From: Acidobacteriota bacterium
GTDB taxonomy: Bacteria > Acidobacteriota > Thermoanaerobaculia > Gp7-AA8
Reading direction: 5' to 3'
Length of the DNA stretch: 64,000 nt
NCBI GenBank assembly: GCA_019244185.1
Contig: JAFATB010000006.1
Coordinates: 192,001-256,000, forward strand
The position numbers and the translations under genes were made by a program. The notes beneath the pieces are model-generated. The model was given only the letters and a program-made list of their open reading frames with translations, made no database searches and was not told where the DNA came from. This document shows positions 55,401-60,097 of this stretch, in pieces. How positions within the stretch are numbered: the stretch's first letter is position 1; each line of letters opens with the position of its first letter.

Positions 55401-56428
55401 TTGAGCGCCTCGAGCGTCCATTCGGCGCTGCCGCGTCCCGCGGCGACGAGGAAGCTCGCGCCGGTGCTCTCGTCGACGATCGGCACCGGCTGCCCGAGGG
55501 AGACCGCGGGGACGACTTTCGACACGCGCAGCTGCGTCGGCGTGCCGATCGTCGCCGTGACCGAGTCGAGGCGGATGTTGCTGCCCGCGGGCGCGCCGTT
55601 GTCGACTTGCAGCACGACCGCGAAGAACTGGTGCAGCACGCCGAAGCCGGTCGGCACGACCAGCGCCGCCGGAATCGAAGGCCGCCCCGGCCGCCCTTCG
55701 TGATCGAGCCCGTCGCCGCCGTCAGGTGGTCCGCCATCGAGCTCGAACGTCGCCACCGAGGGCGGCTCGAAGCGCGGCGGACGCGCGTTCACCGGCACCG
55801 GCGGAATCGTGTACTGCGACTCGCGCGGCAGCGGCGTGACCTCGTGCGTGCGGCGGTCGATGATCACGGGATACGGGATCTCGACCGTGGTCTGGTCGAC
55901 GCCGAAGATGAACGTGTATTCGTAGACGTCGTAGTTGCGCGCGTCGACGACGATGCCGCGCTGGCGCAGCTCGTCGGGCGTCAGCTGTCGCACGCGCACG
56001 TGTGTCTCGAGCACGTCGCTGACGTTGATGATCGCGAACGACGGGACGGCCTGCTGGAGGAACGCGCCGTCCGCGCCGACGAGGCGGATGTTCTGCAGCT
56101 GATAATCCCCCTTCGCATGCAGCGCGGGGATCGCGAACGCGCGGCCGGGCGTCGTCGCGAGCGTGATCGGAGTGGTGATGCCGGGGCCGGTGAGCTCGCC
56201 GAGCGCGGAGAGCCCGTTCGCGGGCGGCGCCTCGTCGCCGGTCTTGCCGCCGAAGAGCGTCTGCACGTACGGCGGAACGTCGACGGCGGTGACGACCGGG
56301 TTGCGATCGACTTCCAGGCCGAGGCCGAGGATGTCGAGATCGGCTTTGGCGACCTCGCCGGCCGCGAGGGGGACGGCGAGGAGCGCGAGAAGACAAAAGA
56401 CTCCAATGCGTGTCTGACGGAGGCGCAT
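34496..56428 (-). CDS. Giant (7310 aa) secreted adhesin-like protein: signal peptide, tandem carboxypeptidase-regulatory-like domains, Big_5/Ig-like domains, four Gly-rich modules, two LVIVD-type propellers, two C-terminal F-type lectin/discoidin-like domains
   Basis: Uninterrupted ORF with signal 'MRLRQTRIGVFCLLALLAVPLAAG'. Repeated 'G.V....V.GA.V....T.ADG.F.F..IP.G', repeated 'TYGS..RP..GSGG..GGG.I....DGAIRANG', 'VYDVSNPASP' repeats, and C-terminal 'AHT..QEWWQVDLG..IDVWN..CCQERL..GRYVRVQL..EVQVW' twice. Confidence 0.93.
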   Translation of the reverse strand: MRLRQTRIGVFCLLALLAVPLAAGEVAKADLDILGLGLEVDRNPVVTAVDVPPYVQTLFGGKTGDEAPPANGLSALGELTGPGITTPITLATTPGRAFAIPALHAKGDYQLQNIRLVGADGAFLQQAVPSFAIINVSDVLETHVRVRQLTPDELRQRGIVVDARNYDVYEYTFIFGVDQTTVEIPYPVIIDRRTHEVTPLPRESQYTIPPVPVNARPPRFEPPSVATFELDGGPPDGGDGLDHEGRPGRPSIPAALVVPTGFGVLHQFFAVVLQVDNGAPAGSNIRLDSVTATIGTPTQLRVSKVVPAVSLGQPVPIVDESTGASFLVAAGRGSAEWTLEALKAGTHSVNVEVNATYQQPGQPDFPLRGHVSTTLVVSDPRFQINFSHPDTVRKDERYTAYAFVTNLSANFQHVLLDLSQIPACTSGAAAENICREEGTAPTAELDLQPGEMKPVPYKLNSKITGKVFAAAGVANDETVGASVKLTMGVSATGIPLSPATLVLPYYARYLPSDFVDANMQLLGLGYSLATAPLTQATAKFPRVLKTDVFTRAQQIARAGQRIFVARRDLSASDPLENREPFFQLALDLLGNAERVDQANTAPELREWDDLRRAEESGRRAEAAMARQLETQAFSNGETPQQFVSEFAAATSHRTGFLFAYAHGANVDGAARPYAVSVTALATGTRADVPAEAAEGWIRTLPYAQLTRLNAGGDVGELALVGRWPNETLRVSVVPAAASFTLHLIYPDANDGVQLRTDLAITGATPGVAVDVDVVRGSHALVVKNAVGVATVNVVPQTPLRVIGAAQDLHLDDRGHIVSLLFNRPVRISDAATLRDQFALTVDVPKANYHVTRKNVPSDPNAQLQIPGAALQDDAKIINVTFDKALSRNAQYLLAVDAIHDISAPAVTFAVSDVVPRIDNDRPGAILTGLVLRGDNSVIPNVLVRMTGETGGEQIDVTGADGRFLYEFVPRDADSGIYGGYALSAEAEGKSAKLEGAVRLPGEVHTVNLQFLGRGRARGQVRYSDGEVVADVDVTIGSTMFDQVRHGRTDAAGNYDIGDLPVGPLTFSVFDNDGRPTFAANQIRVAGEVVTQDLVIVKRDAPGLGSVRVIVRRSDTNAPVAGALVGVWAQGYALRDGSTDADGTFLFSGIPAGVVSVLAADFGISRNGAGVEVELRPDQTLEQTLVLSVPAPNVETATLEGVVIRDDPAAPGDASKDAPAAGAIVTIDRVSPVTTNPDGSYTIADLPLSAAERRISVFDPATGRRGYFSVPTLVAGSNHFNMKLRSTEPAGTATMRIRLYGPQGEPVTGYRVIWPGFPATSFTPRGDGVYELPDMRVPQQVDVVAVPSGGNSPYGDQAASGNVRVDFGGQVGVTDLHLPGSGTIVVRTEIEQPCSTPPCYAQVLGPIAMSYSVWDEAEQGFRPKTFEGTPDSETGLVTFHNVPARQNVGLSTVRNPAGFAAGQAYLAYDGDVRNVTLRLSTIGDVTGRVYAHDGVTPVSGATVRLYTDRATYAPAITNPDGTFRFAAVAAGTPFTIVADLERDGVYRTGIVGGATPGGGGPVSNLVIVMRTQSTVEGQVLDQNGVKVPLARYWLRELAWPYRAIGTPQDPLQADINGRFVVSNVFTGDFRITAVDPTNQELRGDYQGHLSDEGDATQRSVQVRIGGAGTGAVSVTVTDPLLGFAKVANAEVALLRGSGRFDFTSTNDNGVAFFDGVPVGRYTIVAYSKSAGRAGHAVDFDVAAGSTVPVTVQLEFRGLVSGTLTDPESEPTPGLPSKGMPVQLQATGSSAAASTDVDGAFVFNGVPEGPFSLIAYEIGSLRRAVGPSGLFISTLVPEQKNIHLELERTATLTVRVHLPLDNGAAGDLAPLAEVTVWQGDLIWGPVPYYRGQQGNPTIFRKMLASSGYGFEVRELGGEGRVVKGGGGFGGALEKTEDVVLPTSGTVEVHVLDGSGNPVEDAKVDLFAPGIGNRTMFTPSTGSVTLPGVPFGWITASASKGNVTASGGGSLVSRSQPLQLTLNLGSNASVEGGVDAEIGNGTPSAGTRVLLLVTSRLSQPLRLETLTDANGAYRFTGIPVGGTTLAFTFYGPDDTTIGATRTVPVADGTTGTIVVPRVRIDATPPRVLSIDPPANATSVSPSTPITITFSEQLAAAYLNGSWFQLLATDDSSLVACTVEPSVRPDGTFIVKLVPPPPGAGQKFPLKSNVLYRLAIPAGIQDTTGNPMLTAVGSSFTTVNYTEPAVLKVDPAETEPIPASATFRVKFNKAIAANSFEIGGVVRLENLDAYKGNAVEVLPISAFPDPADATTFVIAPRGVAIAESSFYRLTVSGARDTQTPPNVQKDDRVFEFFSFDTKKPIARITSSDDNLVSELLYTASVRVTDDGTDDESNDIAYVDWLDANGTAIARVRTKPFAYSFAAPAATTTGSTFTLQAVATDLSGNSSPAPDVHTWNVLPNDPPRDILVTNTPDAAYPTHAVHTTVAFHDEGLKVTLALELRGTATNGDALHQIVGSQNITRPSTAVPFPDASFDWTLPATLKDGAATLVVTATDSVNKSGIAEVPLTVLADTTKPEIVAFTPKAETHYQYNTASGSYTIELQVRDAETGIARATISVGGVAQSGVTSSFDSATGITTFRKSVTVPPRNADTRVPVAVSVYDQRDNVTTDTHEVIYDRVDDATIPTAAWITPLDGAALPANQSDWLTTLRVRATDDVKVTSVRFESTALAAPVDATLRAGTSDVFEARVAFTFPADRTPFTVKAIVDDADPSHSVELPITIDPVDVDRVISANINISSITADQYANRSVLVRGVRVYVSVPLALKDLVLVDGAVLSNPEETKLDLTIADHLFVDADSRVDLTGRGYLGGLHGREDRTPGNASRLGRTRSGNGAANADASYGGIGGSYVGTTNATYGSITDPVDFGSGGGAQPSGGDRPGSNGGGAVLLRGGSGLARFVLAGPVLADGEPPSGSTFWMLGSGGTISLRAHALITGPWTRISANGADGGAENNLDRGAGGGRIELRASDRFEVALSAIQARGGRHTGADNEAHVDGGAGTIYLVRPGATLGELVVSSFDDRVPATAHRTAATPIGGGAFDSITIGPRVLARFDSEPSGTLTVDPSASIVRPNDPFALTLVSSDPAAGSSVAQNTTITVHVTAESASGIRQLRATLGVQPVDVFAYPNFVSPLGDTTLTIAIPNDAPLGATTLKLYATDRAGRVAESAPLAFNIIHNAAPVIDAFDVSATETYANHNIDVSAAASDDVAVTSLALASSQGSVTSGTATRPTPQTMTRTFSVAIPSSAPSGSDVTLTLSALDDVPGRIATTQTKTVHILKDTLAPSLAVATPQPNAQLQEGTGATFVVEATSSDAEVAVQRVTVTFDGVTSDLTYAGGDVYRRTLNVPSVDGSEPIAKTLTVTSIDYDGNTESRTLTVYIKPLVDPNAAALAWVCASPNASYPLGYEFPLRVTATPSSPSNGVERVEFSINGATPVLASRIGGSDQYEIRYTIPGGTANDTSFDVRVTATSAGGNQAVLLGSFTAVANAIDVSTRSVVTPLDAGYQNRDVVVRAGGDLVLSGEQHLRNLIVLDGGKVEQQQVADGTPLPVVSVQRLFVACGGAIDVSAQGYPGVTAYPGSATPTDSSGGGHIGRGGEWSPPGGGTYGSIEHPAEKGGGGHTIDPNYATTGGGVLRLDVETFVTVDGAIRANGIDNDTWGPGAGGSVYLTTRGRLAGGGSIEARGGGDNNNRGGGGGGAIAIEYGSLGGTIADHLVARGGRTNSGRPGAAGSVFIRANGAALGDLVIDNAGFGTGVETDLPWLGAHTIASVSNGTATLANRAYIQPFQVGNWARVVAPDGTIRGTYRIASIENDPQAATPSASFWFGNDQIAYDGYLVYRPGGFVEGRKIAMTKFENGQWSYDNDDGRPFVPFTPDASDRVFASFRKNSPHIYDVRRLTCGTTCGSIGGIAVAELVGGSVYANAYGGIYSGNVVRYVDTEFSEFLFAFDTDWRNVTLVRTAPRITLASTDGSPVVMQPGDQLRGVYRFNHVTVRGGAHVLSRDTIESANAPAVAADSSLVTNASGPAIDASKVTIEQGRTGPVLAGAAGAVRDAEGVDVFARNTARPALPATAELLQNASFIELAPNRGGLRLQKIPNFNQAPGTIETPEVGDSAYLTFNDRSPNNLAFIGVANHYFHFPTGNRWEVWPNGAWANSGFTQGTLDASTRFRLEKTPDSVQWYVNDALVYELKTVVPPSAKFTFGFRDDWMYFDNVEFYSTAYGTRTRPSAADGSFRVPFDGAAGDAVTIAARDRNVFRLTTGEISIGAIPANLGVASVTFPGEVTGGGSTTGTVTLRAPAGSEGVLVLLSTTSSAVAIPSSVVIPSGATTATFNVATTPVANAVSAPIAATWGGVSVTGTLQIVKDHTAPSIAVTSPVPNAAFTEGQSAPIVVTATVTDTDSGVKRVFATLDGNTYELAHGSGDTYSAQLPVPFVDGTQDVTRDLVVSAEDNNGNSGSANAIPLVIHPVVDANAPSLAWQCAGSDALFPAGYAAKLRVVAKAPTPANVIRKVELTVSGTTVQAAPLGNDVWEATFTVPDLADGTQLPTHVVATTASGTTASVDGSFTVMKGAVEIRSSGTITAADSAYEHRSIAVFDGVTLTIAGAHTFDRVALLGNAVLAPMQEQPLAISVSTLYVACGASIDATAKGYTNRGSYPGVPGVNGDEGGGHIGRGGGEADDHRTYGSVDRPQEFGSGGTDTGGGWGGGAIRVNATNVVVDGAIRANGATDAGSGLGSGGGGSVWITTARIAGGGSIEADGGSGACSTGGGGAIAIEYSDPSSVVPAAYARPGAFAGCTRAAGGAGSVFIKRSGATFGDVTFDAKGRANDRVELEGIGSGLALAGSTGATLVTDRATDVPAYFAGHWIRITAPDGTVKGTWRITAISARTLTLAPNGSESINIVAGDQWQGLYRFDTVTARDVTIVSWDPIEATTYDVFGTVAATRVSATGVVVHAQSTLTHPTGGSLTIDAANEVRVDAGGAIDTTARGYTLRGSYPGVAGVGGEEGASHIGRGGKVASLKTYGSIDRPSEAGGAGTDTGIASGGGVVRIRAARVTVHGAIRANGANTGQSTLGAGAGGSVWITAGSVTGSGSIETIGGDGCASGGGGAIAIETTDSASALPALLARAGHTGGACVTAAGAPGSILLHRAQSTYGELTIDAAGVATSAITDLPSLGNGVAQNGSNGATLVTDFNVLPFFAGHWVEIANANGVKGVWRIAATNGNILTLAPNAGESMDIQPGDAWYGVQRFDTVRLFGARLQSADRVDTASLSEDGASSHLYNSGAPQFPAAKRAQIAVTSTSNGDAIVALAGAVVDPDTPIHVVATNLRTGQATTPVDAAADGSFTIPLVARAGDTFTVRATDTHAFPLASPSIPVAGTIVEQNGLGALGIAPANVVAGTSATGTVQLLQPARSAGVVVALASSSGAATVPPTITIAGGATSAQFTIATPSSPNAANVTITATLGTTTKTATLHVLATGTYTTTVTGRVLDERAHAVANAAVTCDTTSVATDASGFFSIANMPATGAITCNATLTLADGTTLSGASAATTPVADGITNVGDLVLHSSVVVTQLSQSSWGVDGSFRARNVVRDGTTLLVSGAGGGAGNGDSDRIALLDVSDPDHPAFVRSLSAGNTAIYDVAAVDGWAYIASYDFCTVNYANPSATKNCYGSIGALSLALVNRYMYVATNSDYRLRVYDVADPANARLIREQAMVPGSGFGSFFWRLIDLGNGYLAGLSYSGHDLMIFDVRDVNNIVTVADLDLPDFRTSRGRLNGKTLYLTNAYQTAAVDVSDPAHPVVLSRAIHTDDGSEGIAIVGTEAFPAAGSYGLAQYDITSPAAPFFERTIPFGGTARDVLFYANHAYVANDLGIAYAKLPVAPQVSAVDLTLTRGASDTAVHGRATAVSGAAPLTVTVTNRTTGATATGFAVRADGSFDASIAASSGDAIDVTAYDVVGRASITTNAGFVPFGASMTDFPFGGGTYRARTVRTDGHWLAVAKWADEGISGSNNELAVFDISNPAAPVYKWTLAAAEGSSYGLAVRDGWAYVGSYDFCTIDLTSSTSTRHCVGLDAGDLGVAVAGNYAFTSVNFGHNDGRIRVYDVSNPASPHLVHEQDTTPGTQLESLLAFGDDYLVATQAPSHDVIVIDHRDVNNLVKLADVDIPNFSAFRGAISGDTLYLAGYGDKIAVVDLSNPASPVVKSVFSNGAMTQGVAVSGNRAVFGGLMLGALFYDITDPNAPRYLGRQQTSGNAFDVALVNGVLYVANEQGLVTIPEGVAFTGNSGAPQFPQSKRAQIVVTSDAGGDFVTGPAGAVIDPDTPIHLAAKNVRTGAIYSGPAASDGSFRISVGGQGGDAFTLTATDSHVAPLSSTVAVNGAIVDANQLSTLTIEPSSVNAGESTFGTVRLATPARSSGIVVTLTSSASSVTLPPSITIAAGQTTAQFSIATAASTSNVTATITARYQQTKIAALNVAGTNGALASLALDANAVEGGASVNATVTLGSAAPAGGALVSLAASTTQLHVPPAVLVPAGTSQVTFTVTTDRVGAATTASVFATYGASKSASLTLNACATLASVARPSSTPLATMWIDDAPPSGANASGDATFDATQVAAGSLALHFAAGSGARSWTFANAAPMSVQPDDNLVLYALVNPCDPPRQILATWSDGTTQWRASWGESRLTPAATQVQLAALPAGGVWTRLEVLASSLGITSATNVNSLTISVDGGEAWFDAIGDAACVLGKAAKPSYLPGETVWFDDALPAGGVERTPFDWSSAQAASGTLSMNVPNGGGSHQSHFDSASATMTLGMDDVIVVYALIDPCAPPRELMLEFNDGGWSRRVYWGDDLVAYGTDGTVERRRMGSMPKAGEWVRLEIPVSSMQMAGMSLRGMSFVIYDGQAWFDRVAKVTRVNLAYHKPTSMSSWLSVNGREAAAPSPCPYNCAEYPVDGDMYSYAHTGNAPQEWWQVDLGAVQPIDAIDVWNGGFNMCCQERLSRFWVHVSDTPFTSGDLNATLAQSGVTSYFYYPNAQRPSTFDVRRTGRYVRVQLSGQEYLHPAEVQVWAPVSPQRVNLSAGRKATQSSTYQDYGPWLAVNANTNGVLGSEYSINHTTANLEEWWSVDLCSVQAIDSIDVWGRLDWPPHFLTNFYIFVSDEPIAGSTTAEALADPKVAAYYYGTPVLIGGKTFPIGRTGRYVRVQMTASSQFAINLAEVQVWSSLQTLRALATPSAPKAAALSSSSSSSSSTSTQSRFDFANAYRRNAHGRAAGLR

Positions 56429-56449
56429 GCAGGTGCTCGGCGCGGGCGG

Positions 56450-57307
56450 CTAGTGGGATTCGGGTTGAATGCGGGAGGGAAGCTGATCGAGCTCGCGGAG
56501 CTCGCGCGCGACGCGGACCGCCGGCGACTCGACTTTCCGCGCGCCCGGCGGAATCAGCTTGAGCTCCTCGGGCGCGAGCTCGCTGCGCACATCCAGCACA
56601 CTGTTGCGCATCGTCACGCGGGAACCGGCCGCGTCGATGGTGATGCTCGTTTCGAACGGCAGCGCGTAGTCGTCCTGCGCGGCGATGCCGTTTGCGGATT
56701 TCGCGCGATGCGCCGGATCGCCGTTCGTGGCGACGCGCAGAATCGCGTCGTGCTCCTCGCGGCGCGGATTGGGATACGCCGCGCCGATGAGGACCTCGAG
56801 CGCCGCGCGCGAGAGACGCGTATTGCGGTCGACGCCGATGTCGAGGGTGAGCTTGTCCGCGCCGTCGCGCGAGAGCTCGAACGAGTCGAGCGAGCGGCCA
56901 TTGCGCGTGCCTATTGTGCCGCGCGGCGTCGCCGTCCACGCCGCCGCGGATTTCTGTTGGGTCGCCGCCGGCTGCGCTTTCGCCAATGCATCGAACGGCG
57001 TAATGCTGTAGGTCCCCGCGCCGCGATCGATTTCCGTCAGCTGCTGCCGCGCATAATCCGCAATGACCACGCGCGCGCCGTTGACGGTGACGACTTCATC
57101 GCCCGCACAATACTGCTCGAACGTCGTGACCGTCTTCGCAATGGGATCTTCGACGCGCCGCACAATGTGCAGCGGCCGCGGGAACAATGCCTCCGCCGCC
57201 CGCACACCCGGCACGAACGCAGACACCACCACTGCCGCGCCGGCGACGAGCCGCACGAACAGTCTCCCCCGCCACACCCCCGAAAACACGGGCGTTTTGG
57301 ATTCCAC
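56450..57307 (-). CDS. Secreted/periplasmic protein (DUF4412/LolA-fold-like), first gene of the giant-protein operon
   Basis: GTG 57307 after an AG-rich tract. Signal-like 'LVAGAAVVVSAFVPGVRA-AE'. Beta-rich 'VVIADYARQQLTEIDRGAGTYSITPF' and terminal 'LIPPGARKVE'. Stop lies 21 nt before the next start. Confidence 0.75.
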   Translation of the reverse strand: MESKTPVFSGVWRGRLFVRLVAGAAVVVSAFVPGVRAAEALFPRPLHIVRRVEDPIAKTVTTFEQYCAGDEVVTVNGARVVIADYARQQLTEIDRGAGTYSITPFDALAKAQPAATQQKSAAAWTATPRGTIGTRNGRSLDSFELSRDGADKLTLDIGVDRNTRLSRAALEVLIGAAYPNPRREEHDAILRVATNGDPAHRAKSANGIAAQDDYALPFETSITIDAAGSRVTMRNSVLDVRSELAPEELKLIPPGARKVESPAVRVARELRELDQLPSRIQPESH

Positions 57308-57555
57308 GGATTGTCTCTCTCTCTTGGTTGGACCCTTGTGAGCCGCGCAGGATAGACGATTCCCCGGAAGTCCGCAACGGCTTTTTTCGGTAAATGCAAC
57401 GATTGCCATTGTGCAAAACGCGACGCGTCCACAGTCAAACAGCAGCCGAAATCAGGCTTCTATCGCGTAAGACGCGTGACGACGATGCGGCGGCCGCGAC
57501 TCCAATCGTGACGCACCTCCTTGACCGCATCCCCGCGCGCTGCTAAAGAACAGCC

Positions 57556-58434
57556 ATGCGACAACTCGGTCTCGTTCTCCTCGCGCTCGCGATGGCTCTG
57601 CCTCTCTCCGCCACGGAGCCCAATCCTTCCACCGCGCAGCGCGCGGAGCTCGAGAAGCTGCTCGCGGCCATGGACATGGACAAGTCGATGCACGACACGA
57701 TCGACGCGATGTACAAGAGCATCGAGCAGCAGTACGCGCAATCGGCCGAGGCGAACGGGAACGATCCGGAGGACGTGGCGGAGGCGAAGGAACTGTTCGC
57801 GGCGTTCCGCGAGCGCGCGGCGAAGATCGACTTCGGCGGCGACCTGCACGAGGCGGTGGTCCGCCTCTATGCGAAGTATTTCAATGAGAAGGAAATCGCG
57901 GACCTCACCGCGTTCTATCAGTCGCCCACCGGCCACAAGGCGGTGACGCTCATGCCGCAGCTGATGACGGACGCCATGCAGATGGGCGGACAGCATCTCT
58001 CCGCGAAGATCCAGCAGGCCATGCAGGAAGCGCAGGACGTCGTGGAGAAGAAGCGGCCGTGGCGCCGCACGACGAGCGACATGCGCGGCGTGGCCGCCGC
58101 GCTCGAAGCGTGGGCCACCGATCACGACGAGACCTATCCGACGGGCGACTACGCGTCGCTCGAGGCGGAGCTCACGCCGACGTACATCCGCGCGCTGCCG
58201 AAGAAGGACATGTGGGACCACGAGTACGCGTACGTGGTGTCGGATGATCACCAGCATTACCGCATCGTGAGCGCGGGCGCGGACTCGATCTTCGAATGGG
58301 ACAGCCGCCGCATCCCGCAGGAGAGCAGCAGCGCGCGCGCCGCGACCGTCTACCGCGACCGGCTCGAAGACGATCTCATCTACGGCGACGGCGAGTTCGT
58401 CCAGCTGCCCGTGCAGGCCAAACCGAAACAGTAG
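57556..58434 (+). CDS. Secreted DUF2059 domain plus type II secretion GspG-like (pseudopilin head) fusion protein
   Basis: Signal peptide. DUF2059 motif 'LYAKYFNEKEIADLTAFYQSPTGHKAVTLMPQLM'. GspG-like 'TTSDMRGVAAALEAWATDH..YP..KDMWDHEYAY..YRIVSAGAD'. Confidence 0.8.
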   Translation: MRQLGLVLLALAMALPLSATEPNPSTAQRAELEKLLAAMDMDKSMHDTIDAMYKSIEQQYAQSAEANGNDPEDVAEAKELFAAFRERAAKIDFGGDLHEAVVRLYAKYFNEKEIADLTAFYQSPTGHKAVTLMPQLMTDAMQMGGQHLSAKIQQAMQEAQDVVEKKRPWRRTTSDMRGVAAALEAWATDHDETYPTGDYASLEAELTPTYIRALPKKDMWDHEYAYVVSDDHQHYRIVSAGADSIFEWDSRRIPQESSSARAATVYRDRLEDDLIYGDGEFVQLPVQAKPKQ

Positions 58435-58543
58435 CGACGCGCGCCCGTAGAACTGCACAATTGCGACACGCCGGCCCAACCAACGGCCGCGGCGAACGTC
58501 TGTAGAGTCGAACCCCCGATTCCAATCAAGTCAGGAGTGCAGG

Positions 58544-60097
58544 ATGCGTAAGTTCGTTGTGGCGCTGATGCTGCTCGCGAGCCCCTTGCTCGCGCAGGAT
58601 GCGAAACCCGCCGACAAGCCGGCGGATAACAAAGCGGCGGCGGAGAAGCCGCCGATGAAGTTCGTCAAGCAGCACCGGATCCGCATGGGCGGAGAAGACG
58701 TCGCGTATACGACGACGGCCGAGGAGATCTTCCTGAAGGATGCGGCCGGAAAGAACACGGCCAGCTTCTTCACCTTCGCCTACACCAAAGACGGCGCGCG
58801 CGCGGAAGACCGCCCGCTGACGTTCGTCTTCAACGGCGGCCCTGGCTCGGCGTCGGTGTGGCTGCACTTCGGCCTCGTGGGACCGAAGGTCATCGACATC
58901 CCGAGCGACGCCTCCGATCCCGGCGCGCCGCCGTACAAACTGCGCGACAACACGTCGTCGATCTTCCGCGCCACCGACCTCGTCTTCATCGATCCGATCG
59001 GCACCGGCTACAGCCACGCCCTCGGCGACAAGAAAGACGAGGACTTCTGGGGCTACGACGAGGACGCCGACTCCGTCGCCGACTTCATCCGCGCCTTCAT
59101 CACGCAGCACAATCGCTGGAACTCCCCCAAGTACATCCTCGGCGAGAGCTACGGCGGCATTCGCTCGTCGATGCTCGTCCCGCGTCTGCAGAACGACTAC
59201 AACATCGGCCTCAACGGCGTCGTCCTGATCTCGCCCGCGCTGAACATGGGCACGCTGCCGTTCGTCACCGCCGGCAACGACCTCACCTTCGCGACGCATC
59301 TCCCCGCGCTCACCGCCACCGCGTACTACCACCACAAGCTCCCCGACCAGTCGAAGGACCTCGACACGCTGCTGCGCGAGGTGGAGAAGTTCGCCGGCTC
59401 CGAGTACCTCACCGCGCTCTTCCAGGGCGACGAGCTCCCGCGCGCCGACAAGGAGCGCATCGCCGAGCAGCTGCATCGCTACACCGGCCTCTCGACGCAG
59501 TACATCCTGCGCAGCAACCTGCGCATCAACGCGATCCGCTTTACGAAGGAGCTGCTGCGCGACGAAGGCAAATCGCTCGGCCTCCTCGACGGCCGCTACG
59601 TGCAGGACGAGCTCGACGGCGTGGCCGAGTATCCGGACGGCGATCCGTTCGGCGCGAAGACCGGCCCGATCTACATCTCGCTCTTCCAGCCGTATCTGCA
59701 CGACGAGCTCGGGGTCGAGACGGATCGCCGCTACTTCCCGCAGAACGGCGAGGCGAACGGCAAGTGGAAGCGCCCCGCGAATCGCCGCGGCGCGTTCGCC
59801 GGCTTCGTCGACGTCACGGGCATGCTCGCGCAGGGCACGAAGGACAACGAGGCGCTGCGCGTCTTCGCCGCCGCCGGCTACAACGATCTGACGACGTCGT
59901 ACTTTGCGACGCGCTACATGCTCGAGCACAGCGGCATCGATCCGAACCGCCTGACAATCAAGGACTACAAGGGCGGGCACATGATGTATCTCTACCGCCC
60001 CTCGGCCGACGCGCTCTCGGACGACATCGTGGCGTTCATCCGCGCCGGCGCGAACCGCCCCGCGACGACGACCACCACGGCAACGACGACTCGCTAA
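58544..60097 (+). CDS. Peptidase S10 family serine carboxypeptidase, secreted
   Basis: 'FNGGPGSAS', 'DPIGTGYS', catalytic 'GESYGG', 'GYNDLTT' and 'GGHMMY'. AGGAG RBS and signal peptide. Confidence 0.93.
   Translation: MRKFVVALMLLASPLLAQDAKPADKPADNKAAAEKPPMKFVKQHRIRMGGEDVAYTTTAEEIFLKDAAGKNTASFFTFAYTKDGARAEDRPLTFVFNGGPGSASVWLHFGLVGPKVIDIPSDASDPGAPPYKLRDNTSSIFRATDLVFIDPIGTGYSHALGDKKDEDFWGYDEDADSVADFIRAFITQHNRWNSPKYILGESYGGIRSSMLVPRLQNDYNIGLNGVVLISPALNMGTLPFVTAGNDLTFATHLPALTATAYYHHKLPDQSKDLDTLLREVEKFAGSEYLTALFQGDELPRADKERIAEQLHRYTGLSTQYILRSNLRINAIRFTKELLRDEGKSLGLLDGRYVQDELDGVAEYPDGDPFGAKTGPIYISLFQPYLHDELGVETDRRYFPQNGEANGKWKRPANRRGAFAGFVDVTGMLAQGTKDNEALRVFAAAGYNDLTTSYFATRYMLEHSGIDPNRLTIKDYKGGHMMYLYRPSADALSDDIVAFIRAGANRPATTTTTATTTR

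Noticed and set aside
14711-57355. Very long + strand and alternate-frame ORFs (e.g. 14711..21085, 25517..30334, 50588..57355, 19326..24242)
   Set aside because: Shadow ORFs of GC-rich coding sequence with biased third positions. They have Arg/Ala/Gly-rich low-information translations and no motifs.
57308-57409. N-terminal extension of ORF 56450..57409 to ATG 57409
   Set aside because: The extension is not protein-like and would bury the signal peptide. GTG 57307 has a purine-rich leader.
57394-57410. Sigma-54 promoter or riboswitch upstream of the giant operon (TGGCAATCGTTGCA on the minus strand)
   Set aside because: GG-GC spacing is 8 rather than 10 nt, and I see no recognisable riboswitch consensus.
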